From the NCBI GenBank assembly GCA_036676495.1, contig JAKFCT010000070.1, positions 1-32,801 on the forward strand: a stretch of DNA of 32,801 nt, written 5' to 3'. This stretch comes from Candidatus Sericytochromatia bacterium (lineage in GTDB: Bacteria; Cyanobacteriota; Sericytochromatia; S15B-MN24; UBA4093). Of the stretch, positions 27,080 through 32,801 are shown piece by piece. The translations under genes were made by a program, and so were the position numbers. Within the stretch, counting starts at the first letter, position 1, and each line of letters starts with the position of its first letter. Under the pieces are notes generated by a model. It did not search any database, was not told where the DNA came from, and worked only from the letters and a program-made list of their open reading frames with translations.

Positions 27080-29041
27080 ATGAGCTTAGACGTCACCGCC
27101 AAACAAGCCTTCGGCATCGTTCAAAAGCGCGAGGCTGAGCTGGCCAAGCTCGCCCAGAAGACGGGGGACGAGTACAAGGACACCAAGGACGTCGTCGCGA
27201 AGGACACGCTGAAGGTCGCCCCCGGCCTGGAGAAGAAGTCCTCCGAGGAGCTCGCCAAGCTCTACGAGACCGCCAACCAGGACGGCGCGGAAGGCCTCAC
27301 CGAGACCGAGTTCGAATCGCTCTTCAACTCCGTGATGGCCGCGGAGACCCCGGCCGAGACGACGAGCGCGCCCCAGTCGATCACGGTCAAGCCGGGAGAC
27401 ACCCTCTCCAAGATCGCGCGCCAGAACAACGTGAGCCTGGAGGAGATCAAGCAGGCCAACCCCGAGCTCTTCAAGGACGGGAAGGACTCCGCGGGCAAGA
27501 CCCGTTCGGCGGGCGGCAACCTGATCTACCCCGGAGACAAGGTCGTGCTTCCCCAGAAGGCCCCCGCCAAGACGGAAGAGACCAAGACGGAAGAGGCCAA
27601 GAAGGAAGAGCCCAAGCCCTCTGCAACGGGCGATACCAAGACCCCGACCACCGAGGCCAAGGACCCGGCAACCGCCGTCGCCGCGATCAAGGAGCGCGCC
27701 AGCGGCCCCGATGCCGACCAGGGCACCACCTGGGCCGACCACAAGACCACGACCAAGGAAGAGCTGAACTTCGGCCACAAGAAGGTCGACGGCGCGCTCA
27801 TGAAGAAGAGCGAGCAGGGTGACGTCGTCTGGTCGGACAACGGCAAGGCCGTCTCCTGGAACCAGATCAACGCCATGCCGGAGTCCCAGCGTCAGGCGTA
27901 CTTCAAGCTGGCGGGCGTCGAGCCGGCCCCCGAGCGCGAGGAAATCGCCAACAATCCCAGCAAGGTGGAGCCCAACGCCACCCAGAAGACGCAGCTGGCC
28001 AAGGAAACCATCGGCAGCGCCAAGCTCTACGAGCTCGACCCCGCTGCCCTGACCGTCCTCACCGAGGAGGACCTCCAGAGCTTCAAGGAGCTGGATCAGA
28101 AGACCCTGGACGGCGCCAAGGACGCCCTCGGCCAGATTCCCGAGGACGATGCGACGCGCGCCGACTACGAAGGCAAGGTCCAGACCCTGGAAGCGGAATT
28201 CGAGAGCCGCTACGGCGCCCCGACCGCAGAGAAGCCGATCGTCGTCGACGAGAACATCGACGACAACGAGGCCCGGCGCATGGTCAGCTCCCGGACGCCC
28301 GAAGAGGTCGACCAGCTCGACGTCGGCACCCGGATCGGCATGATCAAGGCCATGGATCGCGGAGCGACCAGCGTCGCCGAGGATCAAGCCATCGGCCAGG
28401 TCGCCCAGTCGATTGCCCGGACCCACCCGGAAGCCCTGACGGGTGACGTGGTGAAGCACATGGACGACAACGGCGTCCGCGAATTCATCAAGGGTTCGAG
28501 CGCGGAGCTGCTCGACACGCTTCCCGCCGCGACGCGCGGAGCGATGATCCAGGAGCTCGCCGAGGGAGCCACCTCCCCCGAGGAGGATCAGATGATCGGC
28601 CAGCTGGCCGCCTCCATGGCCAAGACCCATCCGGAGTCGGTTTCCGCCGACGTCGTCCGACTGATGGACGACAACGGAGTCCGGGCCATGATGGACCACG
28701 TCGATACCGAAGGCCTCGGGAAGCTGCCCGCCGAGACCCGCACGGCCATGATGCAGGAGCTGATCGCCGGCGCCACGTCGAAGGAAGAGGACGCGCTGAT
28801 CGGTCGGCTCGGAGCCTCCCTCGCCGCGACGGACCCCGCGGCGCTCACCCCCGACCTGGTCCGGGGCATGGATGACAACGGCGTCCGCGCGATGACCAAG
28901 GACATGACCGTCGCGGATCTCGCGAAGCTGCCCCGCGCGACCCTGGAGGCCATGCGTCAGGAGCTGCGCGCCGGCTGGACCACCGAGGAGGAGTACGCCC
29001 AGATCGACAAGATCACCCAGGCGCTGCCCAACGCCCAGTAA
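27080..29041 (+). CDS. LysM-domain protein with four C-terminal 68-aa repeats
   Basis: AGGAGG SD; TVKPGDTLSKIARQNNVSLEEIKQANP...NLIYPGDKVVLP (LysM with an insert); repeated DDN...G(A/W)T(S/T)xxE motif; no N-terminal hydrophobic signal. Confidence 0.88.
   Translation: MSLDVTAKQAFGIVQKREAELAKLAQKTGDEYKDTKDVVAKDTLKVAPGLEKKSSEELAKLYETANQDGAEGLTETEFESLFNSVMAAETPAETTSAPQSITVKPGDTLSKIARQNNVSLEEIKQANPELFKDGKDSAGKTRSAGGNLIYPGDKVVLPQKAPAKTEETKTEEAKKEEPKPSATGDTKTPTTEAKDPATAVAAIKERASGPDADQGTTWADHKTTTKEELNFGHKKVDGALMKKSEQGDVVWSDNGKAVSWNQINAMPESQRQAYFKLAGVEPAPEREEIANNPSKVEPNATQKTQLAKETIGSAKLYELDPAALTVLTEEDLQSFKELDQKTLDGAKDALGQIPEDDATRADYEGKVQTLEAEFESRYGAPTAEKPIVVDENIDDNEARRMVSSRTPEEVDQLDVGTRIGMIKAMDRGATSVAEDQAIGQVAQSIARTHPEALTGDVVKHMDDNGVREFIKGSSAELLDTLPAATRGAMIQELAEGATSPEEDQMIGQLAASMAKTHPESVSADVVRLMDDNGVRAMMDHVDTEGLGKLPAETRTAMMQELIAGATSKEEDALIGRLGASLAATDPAALTPDLVRGMDDNGVRAMTKDMTVADLAKLPRATLEAMRQELRAGWTTEEEYAQIDKITQALPNAQ
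28256..29038 (+). repeat. 204-bp (68-codon) intragenic tandem repeat, about 3.8 copies
   Basis: AT(C/G)GA(C/T)GACAAC anchors at 28256, 28460, 28664 and 28868, exactly 204 bp apart. Confidence 0.92.
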
Positions 29042-29065
29042 CGCCCGCAGCGCCCCAAAAGCCAA

Positions 29066-29095
29066 AGAAGCCCGCCTCCGAGGAGGCGGGCTTCT
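29066..29095. terminator. Terminator between the LysM gene and convergent tRNA-Gln
   Basis: 13-bp stem AGAAGCCCGCCTC / GAGGCGGGCTTCT with a 4-nt loop; TTGGCTTTT follows on the minus strand. Confidence 0.8.
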
Positions 29096-29098
29096 GAG

Positions 29099-29170
29099 CT
29101 GGGGCGGCAGGGATCGAACCTGCGAATGTCGGATCCAAAGACCGATGCCTTACCACTTGGCTACGCCCCA
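29099..29170 (-). tRNA. tRNA-Gln (anticodon TTG), CCA not encoded
   Basis: Minus strand: TGGGGCG TA GCC AAGTGGTAA GGC A TCGGT CT-TTG-GA TCCGA CATTC GCAGG TTCGATC CCTGC CGCCCCA G; U1-A72 pair typical of tRNA-Gln. Confidence 0.96.
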
Positions 29171-29188
29171 GTGCACGAGGCAGAGCCC

Positions 29189-29218
29189 ATTGTAGTCAGC
29201 GTCCCCGAGACCTGTCAA
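29189..29218 (-). promoter_or_regulatory. Sigma70 promoter of tRNA-Gln
   Basis: TTGACA-N18-TACAAT on the minus strand. Confidence 0.8.
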
Positions 29219-29419
29219 GGGAATCGAGAGGCTTTGCGCCTCCCTTCACCTGTTAATTTAGTGTTCACTTACTTCGGTGTTAGCAAACCCTTAAAAGCTT
29301 AGTCGGGAGTTATCGACGAGTTAGTCATTCCTTTACCGAATCCTCCTCCGTGCCCCCGATAACACTCTTGTGAACGGTATCCCAGCGAGGAAAGCAAGGG
29401 AATTACGGAGGATCGGACG

Positions 29420-30031
29420 ATGGCGATTCAGAACACCAACCCCTCGATGAACGTGTTGGCCAACGCCAAGACCATGTTGCCCGCGGCGAACCCCGAGAAC
29501 ATGGCCGGCATGCGGATGGCCGCCCCCGTCGTCCAGTCCTTCAAGGACCTGAAGATGGCCAAGGACGTCTTCCAGGGCTCCAACCAGATTGCCGCCGCCG
29601 GCGTCGGCAGCAGCATCGGCAACACCGTGAAGGGCGCCTTCGGTGGCCTCTTCCGCAACATCCCCGGCCTGATCAAGTCCAACTTCCTGGTCTCGGCCAT
29701 CCTCTCCGGCGTGAGCAACATCTACGAGATGGCCACCGGCAAGGTGAAGCCCCTGCAGGCCGCCGGTAACTTCGTGGCCGACACGGCCGCCTACACCGGC
29801 ATCGGTGTCGCCGCCACCTCGGTGGGTGCGATGATCGGCTCGCTCATCCCGATCCCCGTGGTCGGCACCCTCCTGGGAGCCGGTGTCGGCGCCCTGGGCG
29901 GCCTCCTGCTCGGCAAGTTCTACGAGAGCAACATCCGCGACAAGTTCTCGGGCACCGTCCAGCAGGGAATCCAGAGCCTCATGACTTCCGCGCAGCAGGC
30001 CGGTCAGGCCCCGGCGCAAGCGCAGCCCTAA
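29420..30031 (+). CDS. Hypothetical glycine-zipper membrane protein, paralogous to the C-terminal domain of 31446..32801
   Basis: GGAGG SD; GxxxG-periodic hydrophobic stretch GIGVAATSVGAMIGSLIPIPVVGTLLGAGVGALGGLLLG; no Sec signal. Confidence 0.85.
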   Translation: MAIQNTNPSMNVLANAKTMLPAANPENMAGMRMAAPVVQSFKDLKMAKDVFQGSNQIAAAGVGSSIGNTVKGAFGGLFRNIPGLIKSNFLVSAILSGVSNIYEMATGKVKPLQAAGNFVADTAAYTGIGVAATSVGAMIGSLIPIPVVGTLLGAGVGALGGLLLGKFYESNIRDKFSGTVQQGIQSLMTSAQQAGQAPAQAQP

Positions 30032-30056
30032 CGTCTCACCTTACCTACCGTTCACA

Positions 30057-30088
30057 AGGCCCCGGCAATTGCCGGGGCCTCTTATCTT
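30057..30088 (+). terminator. Intrinsic terminator
   Basis: 10-bp stem AGGCCCCGGC / GCCGGGGCCT, loop AATT, tail CTTATCTT. Confidence 0.7.
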
Positions 30089-30212
30089 GGACTTGCGAGG
30101 CCCGCATCATCCCGACGGGTGGCGAACTCGGCGATTCCATGCCAAAATGCAGAAGCATCTTTTCAAGATGGGACGCGGTTTCCGCCAACTCAGAGGAGGA
30201 TCTCACCCGACC

Positions 30213-31289
<1,077 letters not shown>

Positions 31290-31298
31290 AGCCAAGAG

Positions 31299-31331
31299 CG
31301 AGGCCCCCCGCCCGATGGGTGGGGGGCCTCG
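31299..31331. terminator. Hairpin between convergent genes
   Basis: CGAGGCCCCCCGCCC-GAT-GGGTGGGGGGCCTCG (one G-U pair). Confidence 0.65.
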
Positions 31332-31445
31332 TCGTTGGCGCCCGCGGCGGTTGCGTAAGGCAGCGAGCGTTAGCCGTGAAAGGCATGAACAGGGCCTTAA
31401 ATTCAAAGCTCGCTGACCTGTAGCAACGTTTTTCGCTCCAGGAGT

Positions 31446-32801
31446 TTAGCCTCCGATGAGCTTCTGGAAGAAACCCGAAACCTTGGCGCGAAGATTGGAT
31501 TCGTAGAGCCAGCCGAGGCCCACGCCCACCAGGGAGCCGACCGCGAGACCTGCGATCGAGCCGAGGGGGCCCGCGATCGAGCCGATCGCGCCGCCGATGG
31601 CCGTGGCCGTGGCGCCGATTCCGGTGTAGGCGATCGCATCAGCCGCAAAGTTGCCTGCAGCCTGGCGGCCGGTGACCCGGCCCTTGATCAGGTCGTAGCC
31701 GTTGGTCAGCGCCGAGATGGCGCCCGAGATCAGGAAGTTGGAACGCAGCAAGCCGGGCAGGGAGCCGACCGCGTTGCCGATCACGCCGCGCACTCCGCTC
31801 ATGGTGCCGCCCATCTGGCCGGCCAGACCGCTGCGCAGGTTCCAGAAGTTCTGGATCACGGGAGCGCCCACGCGAATCCCAGCGCCAATCCCCTCCAGGG
31901 GCTGACCCGGCTGAGGCACGGGTTTGGGAGTGGGAACCGGGGCAGGAGTCGGCTTGGGGGCCGGGGTGGGCACCGGGGTCGGAGTCGGAGCCGGAGTCGG
32001 CTTGGGAGTGGGAGCCGGTGTCGGCTTGGGGGCCGAGGTGCCGCGCGGCGGCATGGTCAGCACCTGGCCGGGATAGATCAAATTAGGATTCTTGATCTGG
32101 GCCTTGTTGAGCTCGTAGATGTCGCGCCAGCGGTTGGCGTCTCCCAGGTGATCCTTGGCAATCTTGGAGAGGGTGTCGCCCTTGCGGACGGTGTACTTCC
32201 AGGTCGTGCTCGGAGCGGGAGTCGGCGTGGGAGCCGGCTTCGGAGCCGCCTTGCCAGGCATCTTCAGGGTCGTTCCGGGCGTGATCATGTTGGGGTTGGA
32301 GCCGATCACGTCCTTGTTCAGGTCGTAGATCTCGCGCCAACGGTTGGCGTCGCCCAGCTGAGCCTGCGCGATCTTGGAAAGGGTGTCTCCCTGACGCACG
32401 GTGTACGTTCCACCAGGGCCGGGCACGGGAGCAGGCTTGGGGGCCGGCTTGGGAGCCGGAGCAGGCGCCTTGCCGTTGATCTTGGCCTCGACGCCGCGGC
32501 GAACCCGTCCCCAGTCGAAGTTGTTGGAAGGATCGGTCTTGCGGCCACGGGGCAGCGCGACATCCTTGTGGCCCGTGAGGCGATCCATGGGGACTCCGTG
32601 CGCCTGCACGAGGTAAGCGACGAGATCGATGATCGCGTTGTACTGCGATTCGGTGTAGGGGTCGGAGCCGTTGCCCAGGTTGACGATCTCGATGCCGATC
32701 GAGAAGTCGTTGACGTCGCCCTTGCCCTTGAAAGAGGAGGTGCCGGCATGCCAGGCGCGCTTGGAGTCGGGGACCGACTGCACGATGGCGCCGTCCTTGC
32801 C
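31446..32801 (-). CDS. N-acetylmuramoyl-L-alanine amidase (AmpD-like) + 2 LysM + Pro-rich linkers + glycine-zipper C-terminal domain; 5' end lies outside the window
   Basis: Frame open to the window edge (GKDGAIVQ...); AWHAG, NDFSIGIEIVN, GHKDVA...RKTDP; YTVRQGDTLSKIA...WREIYDLN and YTVRKGDTLSKIA...WRDIYELN. Confidence 0.92.
   Translation of the reverse strand, partial: GKDGAIVQSVPDSKRAWHAGTSSFKGKGDVNDFSIGIEIVNLGNGSDPYTESQYNAIIDLVAYLVQAHGVPMDRLTGHKDVALPRGRKTDPSNNFDWGRVRRGVEAKINGKAPAPAPKPAPKPAPVPGPGGTYTVRQGDTLSKIAQAQLGDANRWREIYDLNKDVIGSNPNMITPGTTLKMPGKAAPKPAPTPTPAPSTTWKYTVRKGDTLSKIAKDHLGDANRWRDIYELNKAQIKNPNLIYPGQVLTMPPRGTSAPKPTPAPTPKPTPAPTPTPVPTPAPKPTPAPVPTPKPVPQPGQPLEGIGAGIRVGAPVIQNFWNLRSGLAGQMGGTMSGVRGVIGNAVGSLPGLLRSNFLISGAISALTNGYDLIKGRVTGRQAAGNFAADAIAYTGIGATATAIGGAIGSIAGPLGSIAGLAVGSLVGVGLGWLYESNLRAKVSGFFQKLIGG
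31915..32034 (-). repeat. Pro/Thr/Lys linker repeat
   Basis: APKPTPAPTPKPTPAPTPTPVPTPAPKPTPAPVPTPKPVP; synonymous variation between units. Confidence 0.8.

Noticed and set aside
28256-29038. Regularly spaced repeats as a possible CRISPR array
   Set aside because: The period is 204 bp, in frame inside a CDS and degenerate at synonymous sites; there are no unique spacers or cas genes.
27086-29065. 659-aa antisense ORF, and similar long ORFs at 12142..14262, 20861..22639, 6097..7437 and 30045..31406
   Set aside because: Shadow frames of real genes with strong GC3 bias; no motifs of their own.

Overview
High-GC bacterial chromosomal window with no mobile element, CRISPR array or rRNA. It holds two housekeeping blocks on the minus strand: aroF-tyrA-aroA-rpsA (partial), and aroC-aroQ-Xaa-Pro peptidase-efp-accB-accC-nusB-ftsY. 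It also has infA, tRNA-Leu(TAG) and tRNA-Gln(TTG). The long cyanobacterial-type NusB and the efp-accB and nusB-ftsY adjacencies suggest a Cyanobacteria-related lineage such as Sericytochromatia (inference). Accessory genes between these blocks lean toward the cell envelope: VanZ, ComF, an orphan lipoprotein, a lytic transglycosylase plus M23 peptidase pair, a lipoprotein-signal DUF4332/HhH protein, and an ACP-fatty acyl-AMP ligase-acyltransferase fusion followed by a lipoprotein hydrolase and an MFS transporter. The best candidate for an undescribed system is 26.4-32.8 kb. There, a stand-alone glycine-zipper protein recurs as the C-terminal domain of an amidase-LysM-LysM protein (33/60 identities in the core, counted by hand). 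Nearby are a LysM protein without a signal peptide carrying four 68-aa repeats, and an orphan helical protein. Phased 11-bp repeats precede several envelope genes. All calls come from reading motifs by eye; no database search was run.
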